From NCBI GenBank assembly GCA_902529885.1, contig CABZYC010000001.1:156177-220176 (forward strand): a stretch of 64,000 nucleotides of DNA, in the 5' to 3' direction. Made by a program: the position numbers and the translations under genes. Shown piece by piece: positions 1 to 9,084 of this stretch. This DNA comes from an uncultured Candidatus Woesearchaeota archaeon. GTDB taxonomy: Archaea > Nanobdellota > Nanobdellia > Woesearchaeales > GW2011-AR9. The notes under the pieces were generated by a model. The model saw only the letters and a list, made by a program, of their open reading frames with translations. It was not told the origin of the DNA and did not search any database. How positions within the stretch are numbered: position 1 is the first letter of the stretch; each line of letters opens with the position of its first letter.

Positions 1-1010
1 ATCAAAATACCGTCTATCCCACCAGCTATCCCACCAGTGACAGCAATCACTGTTATGAATGATGAAAGGTCTAACAAAACAAAAATTAGTGGTACCCCTA
101 ATGTTGCTAATAAAGCATATTTCCGTTTCCATTTAAAATCGTATTCGTACATCTCAGTTAACCCAACTGCAAGACCAATATAACTTGTAAACATTGCAAG
201 AACAGCAAAAATGTTAGCGAACGTTCCTAACACAGGGAAACTATGTTGAGCTAACGCAATAGTAGCAATCCTATCATTTGGCGACATAGCCTCAAAATTG
301 TCTAGGCCAACAACACCGATTACTGCAGCACTAAACAAAGTGTACAAAATTATTGGAACAATACTCCCAGTAATAAGAGCTTTCTTGTACAACTTCTTTT
401 TCTTGATTAATAACTCATGCATCTCCGGCACTGCAGCACTACTTATGAATGCAAAAATTATCACGCCCAAGGGCATTAAAACATTATCAATATTAAACTG
501 CATTAAGTATGATACATTCATCCCTGGTAAAATTGCCCCAATAATTATCCCAATCACAGCCAGCATAACTATTATGAATACAAGTTCTGCTGTCCCAGCA
601 CTTTTTACTCCACGCCATACAATAAAAGAAGTTATAGCAAAAAATAAAATTGTGTACATTAAAGGTGGTATTGAAAAAGGTAATAAGGCAGATAATGTTT
701 GCCCTTCGCCAATCAAATAAGCAATCAAAGCACCATAAATTCCTACTACCATAGAAAATGCCATTGCCAATTTTCCTTTCTGGCCAAGGTACCGTTCAAT
801 ATAACCTGAAAGTTGATGGATCTCTTTAGTACGAAGTACAATCTCACCCATATACAAATTCAAGAAAATGAAAGAAACGCCAACCACCACAATAATAATT
901 GTGCCCAAGATCCAACCACTTTGCGCAACAACGTAAGGTATACCTAAAACTCCCGCACCAATTATTATTCCAACCAAAGTTGCAACGGCTTTCCAATAAT
1001 CACCTATCAT
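1..1010 (-). CDS. Amino-acid permease, polytopic membrane protein; N-terminal part only, continues past the window start
   Basis: Reverse-strand reading from the ATG at 1010-1008 gives an uninterrupted hydrophobic protein (MIGDYWKAVATLVGIIIGAGVLGIPYVVAQSGW...). It looks like Trp/Tyr-type or APC-type amino-acid transporters. It is absent from the ORF track, probably because it is truncated by the window edge. Plus-strand ORF 298-720 is antisense to it. Confidence 0.6.
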   Translation of the reverse strand, partial: MIGDYWKAVATLVGIIIGAGVLGIPYVVAQSGWILGTIIIVVVGVSFIFLNLYMGEIVLRTKEIHQLSGYIERYLGQKGKLAMAFSMVVGIYGALIAYLIGEGQTLSALLPFSIPPLMYTILFFAITSFIVWRGVKSAGTAELVFIIVMLAVIGIIIGAILPGMNVSYLMQFNIDNVLMPLGVIIFAFISSAAVPEMHELLIKKKKLYKKALITGSIVPIILYTLFSAAVIGVVGLDNFEAMSPNDRIATIALAQHSFPVLGTFANIFAVLAMFTSYIGLAVGLTEMYEYDFKWKRKYALLATLGVPLIFVLLDLSSFITVIAVTGGIAGGIDGIL

Positions 1011-1031
1011 ACCAAAACAATTTTTTTTTCA

Positions 1032-1964
1032 TTATATAAATGCATCGAGTTGTTGCAAAAAGACAGTTGCATACACGCCCCGCGGCAAAAAAAAGTGAAG
1101 CTTAACAGTCTCTCGACGAACTTTGCACGACACAATATCTGCAGTCACTACTGTCTCACGATCACCAGCGGGTGCTTCAACACCGTACCAAGAAGGCAGA
1201 ATTAAATCTGTATAAGGAACCGTTTTTCTAGGAGTGTTACTTCGAAATGACCCATAACTATATTCAACAAGTCTACCTTTGCTTAAACCTGAAACCTTTC
1301 TATTCCAAAGGTATGCTTGGTACGCGCGTACTGCAAACTTTCTATCAATCAGAGGGATCTGTTGTAAAGATAATTTATGATCTGGTAATTTAGAAATAAC
1401 TTTCCGCACCCAATCCCTTTCAGGAAGTTTGCTTATTATGTTTACATCACCCCATTTCTTTTTAAGTTCTCTTCGTCGACGCGCAGCAACACCTATACCC
1501 CCATGAGTACACGCAGTTTTCACTGCCCGTTCAAAATCGCCAGACAAAATGTGATGAACAAAAAAACTGTTAACGCCTTCCAGAGGTGTCGCTGACCAAA
1601 ACCGTTGTTCACCAAAATAGTTCGTGAAACTATAAGTTTTTGGACATCGTTTATACCGTGAAACATTTAAATCACGAAGTACCACTTTAAACTCATTAGA
1701 AATAATGTCTGTTGACCTAATATGACGCGGGACTTTTTTAACAAAAACAAAATCTTCGTTTTGGATTATTTGTTCACTTGTCCCATACTGGACCGACACA
1801 GATTTACTATCTTTCATGCCAGCAAACCTGATATTAAATTTTCGTGCAAGAACAGAGCTTGACACATTACATTTTTTTACTTTGTACAAAAAATATTTGC
1901 CGCCAGATGGCATATCAATATGTTCAATAACACTGAAATCTTGTGCGGTCGTTTTAAGTTTCAT
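1032..1964 (-). CDS. truD: tRNA pseudouridine(13) synthase TruD
   Basis: Motif RFAGMKDSKSVSVQY matches the TruD catalytic signature (Y/F)AG(L/M)KD(K/R)xAxTxQ. The size (310 aa) is consistent with archaeal TruD. Confidence 0.6.
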   Translation of the reverse strand: MKLKTTAQDFSVIEHIDMPSGGKYFLYKVKKCNVSSSVLARKFNIRFAGMKDSKSVSVQYGTSEQIIQNEDFVFVKKVPRHIRSTDIISNEFKVVLRDLNVSRYKRCPKTYSFTNYFGEQRFWSATPLEGVNSFFVHHILSGDFERAVKTACTHGGIGVAARRRRELKKKWGDVNIISKLPERDWVRKVISKLPDHKLSLQQIPLIDRKFAVRAYQAYLWNRKVSGLSKGRLVEYSYGSFRSNTPRKTVPYTDLILPSWYGVEAPAGDRETVVTADIVSCKVRRETVKLHFFLPRGVYATVFLQQLDAFI

Positions 1965-1972
1965 TGGAAAAG

Positions 1973-2086
1973 TGGGGACGCTGGGATTCGAACCCAGATC
2001 TGCTGGTTACACCACAGCTAATCATCGTTGCCTCATCGCTCCACATTCTGGAGCCAGCTATTCTAACCAGGTTATACTACGCCCCC
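1973..2086 (-). tRNA. tRNA-Trp(CCA) with an intron of about 40 nt between positions 37 and 38
   Basis: Reverse complement reads GGGGGCG ... GCUGG CUCCAGA [intron AAUGUGGAGCGAUGAGGCAACGAUGAUUAGCUGUGGUGUA] ACCAGC AGAU CUGGG UUCGAAU CCCAG CGUCCCC A. Acceptor stem is 7 bp with one G-U. Anticodon stem is 5 bp (GCUGG/CCAGC) with loop CU-CCA-GA. T-arm is CUGGG-UUCGAAU-CCCAG. D-stem pairing is weak. No CCA is encoded. Confidence 0.65.
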
Positions 2087-2143
2087 TTAACTCCTCATTC
2101 GAACAAGAGGATATAAAAAGCTTTCGAGTAAAACAAAAATTGT

Positions 2144-2635
2144 ATGTGGGAAAAATATAATGCTAAATGGTTCATGTGTGATGAAGCCATTAAATATATT
2201 GTTAACTTATTCAAAAAAGAGAAGTATACCACTGTACTAGAGTATGGAACAAACGTTGGTTATCTCGCATCAAAACTAAGCGAATCGTTTAAAGTTACTT
2301 CTATTGAACGAGACGAACGATTCTTTGAAGAGGCTAAAAAAAATTGTCCTAACACCACACTTTACCAAGGAAAAATTGAAGCAATCGCACCAAAATTGAA
2401 TGAATTTGATGTAGTCATACTCGACGCAGAAAAATCGTTGTACATTAAACATTTTGAATTAGCATTAAACCATAACCCAAAAATGATTGTTGCAGATAAT
2501 GTTGTTAGTCACAAAAAAAAATTGAACACTTTCTTAGAACATATTGAGCCGTATAACCCCAAGATTATAACTGTGGGCGATGGATTAGCTATTATTCATC
2601 TTGAACATAGTCAGAACCATTCTTTAAACAAGTAA
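2144..2635 (+). CDS. Class I SAM-dependent methyltransferase (O-methyltransferase-like)
   Basis: Glycine-rich SAM-binding stretch (VLEYGTNVGYLASKL) is followed by an acidic residue (ILDAEK), the usual Rossmann-fold methyltransferase layout. The start codon is uncertain. Confidence 0.4.
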   Translation: MWEKYNAKWFMCDEAIKYIVNLFKKEKYTTVLEYGTNVGYLASKLSESFKVTSIERDERFFEEAKKNCPNTTLYQGKIEAIAPKLNEFDVVILDAEKSLYIKHFELALNHNPKMIVADNVVSHKKKLNTFLEHIEPYNPKIITVGDGLAIIHLEHSQNHSLNK

Positions 2636-2915
2636 ATGCTTTTTGTAATTCTTTACCTAAATATGCTGCATGGTCAAACCTACTGATTAAATTTTTTTCA
2701 ATCACCGTAAAATATACTTCTTGCGGTCGGCTACCTTTAATAACTATGTCAATCACCCCAACCTCTTTACAATGTGCTACCTCTAATAATCCTTCATTTA
2801 TACGAATTAAAAAGTAGCCAGAAGGGTCAAGTTTCCAATCAGCATAATCATTATAACTACCCATCAAAACAGGAACATCTTCTAACGCTGGATTTTTTAT
2901 TGGTTCTATCTTCAT
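2592..2915 (-). CDS. Conserved hypothetical protein
   Basis: 107-aa ORF coupled by a 4-nt stop/start overlap to the downstream RibL-like gene. No diagnostic motif recognised. Confidence 0.35.
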   Translation of the reverse strand: MKIEPIKNPALEDVPVLMGSYNDYADWKLDPSGYFLIRINEGLLEVAHCKEVGVIDIVIKGSRPQEVYFTVIEKNLISRFDHAAYLGKELQKAFTCLKNGSDYVQDE

Positions 2916-3301
2916 TTTAACAAGCTACTCTTAAAAAGTTCAGGCAGGTGAGCTTTACACCGTACAACTTTAATGTCCAATCCATTCTTTTCAATATACT
3001 GAACTAACTCTTTCTCATCAATCTTTTGATCATAACCTAAACAAATAATGTGTGGTTCTACCATTTGCAAAATTGAAAAAATGTCATTAGTATCATTCCC
3101 CTTAACAACCGTATCAACCATAGACAATACGCCTAATCCCCAACACCGTTCTTGCTGATTAAACTTTAAGCGTTTTTGAGAACGGTCGTCGTGGGCTACC
3201 ACAACTGAAAGATGGTCACCATATTGTTTAGCTTGCTCAAAAAAATGAAGGTGCCCTGGATGAACTATGTCGAATGTCCCTGCAACCATTACTTTCTTCA
3301 T
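2912..3301 (-). CDS. ribL: FAD synthase (FMN adenylyltransferase) RibL-type nucleotidyltransferase
   Basis: N-terminal AGTFDIVHPGHL is the (H/T)xGH nucleotidyltransferase motif. Length (129 aa) and overall pattern resemble archaeal RibL (MJ1179-like). Confidence 0.55.
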   Translation of the reverse strand: MKKVMVAGTFDIVHPGHLHFFEQAKQYGDHLSVVVAHDDRSQKRLKFNQQERCWGLGVLSMVDTVVKGNDTNDIFSILQMVEPHIICLGYDQKIDEKELVQYIEKNGLDIKVVRCKAHLPELFKSSLLK

Positions 3302-3352
3302 ACCCCCAAGGATGACGGAAACTTTATAAAGTATTTCATAGGATGCTCGTGT

Positions 3353-3517
3353 ATGACAGTATGTAACTCAACAAAAAGGTCTGTTTCAAATGATCAAGGC
3401 TCCGTACAATTTCCTTGCCCAAAATGTGGTAAGCAGACTATTGTACGAAGTAGTGAAGCGCGTAAAGCAGGATTAAAGTACACTTGTCCTTGCGGCGAAT
3501 TCACGGGGCCTAACTAA
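3353..3517 (+). CDS. Zn-ribbon protein (COG2888-like), conserved neighbour of aEF-1beta
   Basis: C-terminal CPKCG...CPCG zinc ribbon; the stop overlaps the EF-1beta start. The track ORF 3212-3517 extends upstream into the opposite-strand RibL gene, so I prefer the internal ATG at 3353. Confidence 0.45.
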   Translation: MTVCNSTKRSVSNDQGSVQFPCPKCGKQTIVRSSEARKAGLKYTCPCGEFTGPN

Positions 3518-3795
3518 TGGCAAAAGCAGTTGTAACCTTCAAACTTATGCCTGAAACTCCTGAAGTAGATTACGAAAATATTGCAACAAAGGCGTTAGAA
3601 ATCACTAAATCAGAAGGTGCAATAGGCGAACAGCGTAGCGAGATTGAACCAATCGCGTTCGGTTTAAAATGTGTTAAAGTGTTAGGAATGTTTGATGTTG
3701 ACAGTAACGATTTTGAGGCTATCAGTGCAAAACTTGCAGAACTTGAGGGTGTAACCACTGCAGAAGTTGCAAAGATGGACCTAGCTATGGGTTAA
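3517..3795 (+). CDS. ef1b: Elongation factor 1-beta (aEF-1beta)
   Basis: 92 aa. MAKAVVTFKLMPETPEVDYENI... matches the archaeal EF-1beta N-terminus (KIKVMPESPEVDLE). Confidence 0.85.
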   Translation: MAKAVVTFKLMPETPEVDYENIATKALEITKSEGAIGEQRSEIEPIAFGLKCVKVLGMFDVDSNDFEAISAKLAELEGVTTAEVAKMDLAMG

Positions 3796-4788
3796 TTCCC
3801 TTAACACATATTCTACATTACCTTTAATCACACGCTCACTAAAATGTGTTTGTGTTCCACCCATCTTTAACAAGTTTTTGAATGGAGGAACGTTACGGTG
3901 AAGTGAAGAGCATACTGCATAAACATCAACACCGCCAAACACGTCATTCTCAGATAATAACTTCTTTGCCCACTCATTATCAAGAGATTGCAAAAAATCT
4001 TTATCTTGTAATAATCCTGTATATAATGGGCCCAAAAACTGGCCCTCACCATAATTATATCTGCTTATAGTTAACTGATGATTGTGATATTGAGCATAAT
4101 GATGTTGGTCAAGCAACTTATCTACAGCTTTTTTTCCGTATTTAACACGGAAAAAAATCCGGTAATAATGGTCTTTACTATAGCTCATGATGGGTGTGAG
4201 CGCACGTTCTAATGATGCACCTTGTAATTGACAATAGCGTATCAAAATTCGTATACCTAACTCATGCATATGATTCGTACGAATATTTTTTGCCCAATAT
4301 TTTCGTCGTGCAACAGTAGGGTATGTTCCAGTGAGCGCAGCAGTGTCAGTTGCAGTAATAGCTAATATTGCACCATTACGCATGCTAGATATTGCAGCTT
4401 GGATGAACGGAGCAGGTGTTCCAAACGGGTCAAGATCTAAATAATCAAAATGTTTTACTGATTGCATGAAAACGTTTGCGTCCATATTATGAATTATAGG
4501 TAGATCACAATCATTAGCAGAAAATAAATGGTGGACTACATCCATAAAATTACTACGTTTATCATTAACATAAACCTCAGGGGCATACCCACACTCCTTC
4601 ATTATACGGACAGCACGAATCCCTGACCCAGACAATGGTAAACCTATACGAACAGGTTTAACTTTTTTGACTACTGCAACAGAAACGTCACGATGATGTT
4701 TCATGACCGGATTATAAAAAACATCCATCGATTTACACACGTCCCCTTGATGTTCTGGTAACGGTACAATTATGTTGCCTTCCTTCAT
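3781..4788 (-). CDS. trm1: tRNA (guanine26-N2)-dimethyltransferase Trm1
   Basis: DLDPFGTPAPF is the hallmark Trm1 SAM/catalytic motif. 335 aa. Confidence 0.8.
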   Translation of the reverse strand: MKEGNIIVPLPEHQGDVCKSMDVFYNPVMKHHRDVSVAVVKKVKPVRIGLPLSGSGIRAVRIMKECGYAPEVYVNDKRSNFMDVVHHLFSANDCDLPIIHNMDANVFMQSVKHFDYLDLDPFGTPAPFIQAAISSMRNGAILAITATDTAALTGTYPTVARRKYWAKNIRTNHMHELGIRILIRYCQLQGASLERALTPIMSYSKDHYYRIFFRVKYGKKAVDKLLDQHHYAQYHNHQLTISRYNYGEGQFLGPLYTGLLQDKDFLQSLDNEWAKKLLSENDVFGGVDVYAVCSSLHRNVPPFKNLLKMGGTQTHFSERVIKGNVEYVLRELTHS

Positions 4789-4831
4789 AAAGCTACAATC
4801 TACCTAAACCTTTAAAAAATATTGTGCAGCG

Positions 4832-6616
4832 TTGAGTGGTATGTTACGAAAAGTTCTCATCACGGTCGTTGGTCACGTTGACCATGGTAAAACCACTTTG
4901 TTAGATACCATCAGGACCACAACTGTTGCGAACGCAGAAGCTGGTGCAATCACGCAAGCAATCGGAGTATCGATTATACCTATTGAAACAATTAAACAAA
5001 TATGTGGGTCTCTGCTTGATGTTTTCAAAGATAACCTTAAAGTACCGGGATTATTAGCTATTGATACCCCGGGCCACGCAGCCTTCACTTCATTACGTAA
5101 ACGAGGCGGGTCTCTTGCAGACATTGCAATTTTGGTTGTTGATATTAATGAAGGGTTCAAACCGCAAACAATTGAAAGTATTGAAATCCTCAAAAAAAAT
5201 AAGGTCCCATTCATTATTGCTGCTAACAAAGTCGATTTAATACACGGATGGAACTTTGATGAAAAAAAGAGGTTATTACAAAATATTGCAGGGCTTGACG
5301 CTCGTGCACAACAAATGTTTGAAACGAAGTTGTACGAAGTTGTCGGGCAAGTGCATGAACATGCAGGCATGAACGCTGACAGGTTTGATCGTGTACAAGA
5401 TTATACTAACCAGATCGCAATTGTACCAGTAAGCGCTAAAAAAGGGCAAGGGATCCCTGAACTTTTAATGGTAATGACTGGCCTTGCACAAAAGTTTCTT
5501 GAAAAAAAATTAGAAGTGAACGTTGAAGGTGACGCGAAAGGTACGGTTTTAGAAGTAAAAGAAGTAAAAGGGTTGGGTGTCACATTAGATTGTATCATAT
5601 ACCAAGGCACACTTTCTGTCAATGACTACATTATTATCGGTGGGCTTGATAAACCAGTCACAAGCAAAATACGGGCGCTATTAGAACCAGATCAAAACCA
5701 AGAAATGAGAGTAAAAGGTAAATTTCATAATGTTGACTCTGTACAAGCCGCGACAGGTGTTAAAGTAGTAGCACCAAACATTGACGGGGTAATTGCAGGG
5801 ATGCCGTTACGTAGCAGTAAAAGTGATGTTGAGAAATATTACAATGATATTGTTAACGAGGTTGGAGAAGTACTTAATATTGATAATAGTGAGCATGGCG
5901 TAATAATAAAAGCTGATACTATAGGGGGCCTTGAAGCTTTACGAAACCTTCTTGACGAACGGTCCATCCCAATAGGTGCAGCAAGCATAGGTAACGTTTC
6001 AAAACGTGATCTTGCACTACTTGAAAGTATGAAAGAGGTTAATGAAGAATTTGCAGTCTTATTAGGTTTCAATATTGAAACACCAACAGACATTCAATCA
6101 CTTGCAAAAAATAAAAAATTGGCGGTTTATACCGACCCAGTAATTTATTCTATCATAGACAAGTATGAAACTTATGTTAAAGAGTATAAACAAATGTTAG
6201 AACAACAACAGTTGTCAGACGTTCAACGGCCGTTCAAGATTCATTTTATGCCCAGTTTTACTTTTAGACAATCTAACCCAGCAATTGGCGGTTTTGATAT
6301 TCTTAAAGGGACAGTGAAAGTTGGTGCAAGAGTAATAAACAATGAAGGAGAACGTTTGGGTACCATTAAAAGTATTAAGGAAGGTAAAGATAACGTTAGT
6401 AAAGCTGAACAAGGTGCACAAGTTCCGATCGCGGTAGACGGCCCAACCATAGGCCGTCAACTTAACGAGGACGACATTTTATATTCGGATATTAACGAAA
6501 CAGATTTTGTTAAACTTAAAGAATTCAAACATCTTTTATCAGGGGAAGAAAAAGAAGTACTCAGAGAAATCGCTGTTATAAAAAGAAATGTTAACCCGGT
6601 ATGGGGTATAGGTTAA
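4832..6616 (+). CDS. infB: Translation initiation factor aIF5B (IF-2 homologue)
   Basis: G1 VVGHVDHGKTTLLD, G3 DTPGH, G4 NKVD. 594 aa with the characteristic domain order. Confidence 0.9.
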   Translation: MSGMLRKVLITVVGHVDHGKTTLLDTIRTTTVANAEAGAITQAIGVSIIPIETIKQICGSLLDVFKDNLKVPGLLAIDTPGHAAFTSLRKRGGSLADIAILVVDINEGFKPQTIESIEILKKNKVPFIIAANKVDLIHGWNFDEKKRLLQNIAGLDARAQQMFETKLYEVVGQVHEHAGMNADRFDRVQDYTNQIAIVPVSAKKGQGIPELLMVMTGLAQKFLEKKLEVNVEGDAKGTVLEVKEVKGLGVTLDCIIYQGTLSVNDYIIIGGLDKPVTSKIRALLEPDQNQEMRVKGKFHNVDSVQAATGVKVVAPNIDGVIAGMPLRSSKSDVEKYYNDIVNEVGEVLNIDNSEHGVIIKADTIGGLEALRNLLDERSIPIGAASIGNVSKRDLALLESMKEVNEEFAVLLGFNIETPTDIQSLAKNKKLAVYTDPVIYSIIDKYETYVKEYKQMLEQQQLSDVQRPFKIHFMPSFTFRQSNPAIGGFDILKGTVKVGARVINNEGERLGTIKSIKEGKDNVSKAEQGAQVPIAVDGPTIGRQLNEDDILYSDINETDFVKLKEFKHLLSGEEKEVLREIAVIKRNVNPVWGIG

Positions 6617-7401
6617 TATACACCGTACCAAGATAATAATAATCTATCAACGGCCCGTACTAACTCCCACTCAGTACCAGACAATTTTACGCAAGTACCA
6701 GAAAGTTCAATAGAAGTTTCGTTAACATAAGATAACTCGATAAGTGGCAAATTATCCGGATTATTATCACAGCTTATAACTTGTCGATTATTACACAGTG
6801 TACTATTATCATTAACTGAACATGCACTCATTGTGGACAGATCATACACAGAGTTAAGATTCGTTGCAAGTTCTGATGCAGCCAAGGTTAAATATTTACT
6901 TTCAACTGTTGGATCAAACGAAATATAAATCTCGTTACCCATATAAAACTCCGTTGTTAAAGAACCGTCAATAGTAACATTCTCAAGTTCCTGAGGACCA
7001 AAACGTAAAGGGATACTAAACACATTATCTCCTACTTCCACTTCAGTGAACCATAATCCGTCAATGTTCAAAAAACTGTACCCATTGTACACATAAGCTT
7101 CCTCCTCAAGGTCTTCACCCATCAAATTATCAGTATGAAGCTCGCCAATATTTTTAATCTCTGGTGTCGCATAATGGTTGTATAATGCAAAGCTTACAAG
7201 TAGTACGGCAAATATACCTATTACTGTACCAATGACCAATAAATAATTTACAGGGTTATCCTCTGAACTCGCAGGGGTCACCGTTGGTTTATTATCTTCC
7301 ATAGTACTCTTCCCATCAATATTGTCCTTTTTATGCTTTTTGACTGAAATGTTTATCAAACAGTGCTTATTCACAATATTATGAAAGACTTGCTGGACCA
7401 A
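6613..7401 (-). CDS. Membrane-anchored hypothetical protein (single TM)
   Basis: One hydrophobic helix (LLVIGTVIGIFAVLLVSFALY) followed by a Ser/Thr/Asn-rich domain. The real start is probably the internal Met at about 7302 (MEDNKPTV). Confidence 0.4.
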   Translation of the reverse strand: MVQQVFHNIVNKHCLINISVKKHKKDNIDGKSTMEDNKPTVTPASSEDNPVNYLLVIGTVIGIFAVLLVSFALYNHYATPEIKNIGELHTDNLMGEDLEEEAYVYNGYSFLNIDGLWFTEVEVGDNVFSIPLRFGPQELENVTIDGSLTTEFYMGNEIYISFDPTVESKYLTLAASELATNLNSVYDLSTMSACSVNDNSTLCNNRQVISCDNNPDNLPLIELSYVNETSIELSGTCVKLSGTEWELVRAVDRLLLSWYGVY

Positions 7402-8370
7402 GCATCATCCGTGCACAACACCCATTTTGATGGGTCTGTACGTTTTGAACGAAGCATTTTCACTAATTGGACCTGTGCCATTGCTGACTGTAAATACTGT
7501 TATCTGTCAACAAAACCAAAGCATAGACCGGGAAACGAAACGACCGCGTTACGTTCTAAAGAAAGTATCTGGGCAGAGGCCTTATTATGTAAAAAGATGG
7601 GGTGGCACGTGAGTTATATCACAGGAGGCCTTAGAGTTGAACGTATTGAGCAGTTAATTCCAATCTTGGAAGGGTTAGAACAAGTGTTAGGGTACAAAGT
7701 GATGATGAACTATGGCCCTTTCGCCAAATCAGAGATACAAAAATTGGCGCCTTACATAACAGGCATGGGTAGCGCGATTGAAAGTTTCGACGAAAAGTTG
7801 CACAACGAAATCTGTCCTAGTAAACCGCTGCATACTTTAACAAGATACCTAGAAGTTGTACATGAAGAAGGCCTGAAAACTTTGATTACAATCATCTTAG
7901 GATTAGGAGAAACTAAAAACGACCTGGGTATGATCTGTGAAAATATTGAGAAGTATAACATTGACATTGTCCAACTTTGCTTTTTAAAACCGCAAGAAGG
8001 TACACCCTACGCCAACGTACCGTCACCAGACACTAAGTACATGGCATGGTGGGTAGCACAATTACGTGTTAAGTTTCCTACATTATACATTAAAGTGGCG
8101 TTGGTCCCTGAATGCACAGACAATTTTCATCTGCTTCTTGACGCTGGCGTGAACGCGTTCTCAAGGTTCATGATCTACAAACATTTTGGGACGGACCTTG
8201 CAAAAACGTTGGTTAAAGAATGTTCATCACGTAAACTAAAAGGCGAGTTCCTAAACGTGCCTGAGCTAGAGATTGGAGATTTACCTTTCGGTACTGAAAC
8301 GAACGAAAAAGTAGAAATAAAATTTTGGCAGTATGTTAAACGGTTACAACATAAACCGAGACGTAATTAA
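7363..8370 (+). CDS. Radical SAM-like enzyme (BioB/ThiH-like fold) with an atypical CX4CX2C cluster motif
   Basis: WTCAIADCKYCYL gives a three-cysteine cluster with spacing C-x4-C-x2-C, then a glycine-rich YITGG and TIM-barrel-like periodicity. Subfamily not assignable. Confidence 0.45.
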   Translation: MLIHNIMKDLLDQASSVHNTHFDGSVRFERSIFTNWTCAIADCKYCYLSTKPKHRPGNETTALRSKESIWAEALLCKKMGWHVSYITGGLRVERIEQLIPILEGLEQVLGYKVMMNYGPFAKSEIQKLAPYITGMGSAIESFDEKLHNEICPSKPLHTLTRYLEVVHEEGLKTLITIILGLGETKNDLGMICENIEKYNIDIVQLCFLKPQEGTPYANVPSPDTKYMAWWVAQLRVKFPTLYIKVALVPECTDNFHLLLDAGVNAFSRFMIYKHFGTDLAKTLVKECSSRKLKGEFLNVPELEIGDLPFGTETNEKVEIKFWQYVKRLQHKPRRN

Positions 8371-8982
8371 AAACTGTGATGATAATATCAATAACACTAT
8401 GAAAATAGCACCTGCGTTTAATTCGTACGCTTTACTCAAATTGTATAATTGGTAAACACACAAAATAATGAGTGCTCCTAAACTAACGAAAGGTATTATT
8501 TGTAATGACGAAATTATCAAAAATATTACTAAAGGGTACACTATCAAATTAAAAGTGTGAGAATACACAGCCTCCTTCTTAAACAATTTTATTACAACAT
8601 TTATGATGGCTGATAAAACCAATAAGGCCGGTATCCAGTATAACGATAACATCGTGGATACCCCTAAAGCAGCCAGCACTATACCAATACCATCATATAT
8701 ACTAGCCATAGAAGAACCAAAACCTTGTAACATGTATCTAAAAAATAATACTTGTATGATACTACTCAAAAAACTAAATATTAATACAAACATGATGGGT
8801 TTAAACACGTAATCCTCTTTCACTGCGTTCCCCACAAATTTTGATGGGTTATACAAATAAATCAACGGTGAAAAAAAAGAAGTCTGTTTGGTATCAACAT
8901 TCTGTTCGATTGCATCTAAACGTGCATCTACACTTGTTTCAACTGAATCTACAGGTTCTTGTGCCGAAATTTCGTTTTCCAT
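8344..8982 (-). CDS. Polytopic membrane protein (Yip1/DUF1282-like)
   Basis: Acidic N-terminal tail followed by 4-5 predicted TM helices. Confidence 0.4.
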   Translation of the reverse strand: MENEISAQEPVDSVETSVDARLDAIEQNVDTKQTSFFSPLIYLYNPSKFVGNAVKEDYVFKPIMFVLIFSFLSSIIQVLFFRYMLQGFGSSMASIYDGIGIVLAALGVSTMLSLYWIPALLVLSAIINVVIKLFKKEAVYSHTFNLIVYPLVIFLIISSLQIIPFVSLGALIILCVYQLYNLSKAYELNAGAIFIVLLILSSQFLITSRFML

Positions 8983-9084
8983 ATAGATACAACATTAAAA
9001 TAACTATAAAAAACACCCGTTATAGAAACTAGCTAATGTCAAAAATACCGTTATACATATATAATTTAACTTCACCTAGTAACT

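Noticed and set aside
298-720. 140-aa plus-strand ORF
   Set aside because: Entirely antisense to the uninterrupted permease gene (1-1010, minus). Low-complexity I/T/P-rich translation.
2088-2110. Hairpin CCUC-AUUCGAACAA-GAGG just 5' of tRNA-Trp containing a UUCGAA T-loop-like sequence
   Set aside because: No cloverleaf can be completed. It is probably a promoter-proximal or processing hairpin, not a second tRNA.
3212-3352. 5' extension of the Zn-ribbon ORF
   Set aside because: It overlaps the opposite-strand RibL gene by about 90 nt. An in-frame ATG at 3353 gives a 54-aa zinc-ribbon protein of the expected size.
4873-5370. 165-aa minus-strand ORF inside infB, and similar antisense ORFs within hef, gyrA, polD, the ATPase genes and others
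   Set aside because: They sit opposite to strongly supported conserved genes. Their translations are low-complexity and Cys/Ser-rich, typical antisense shadows.
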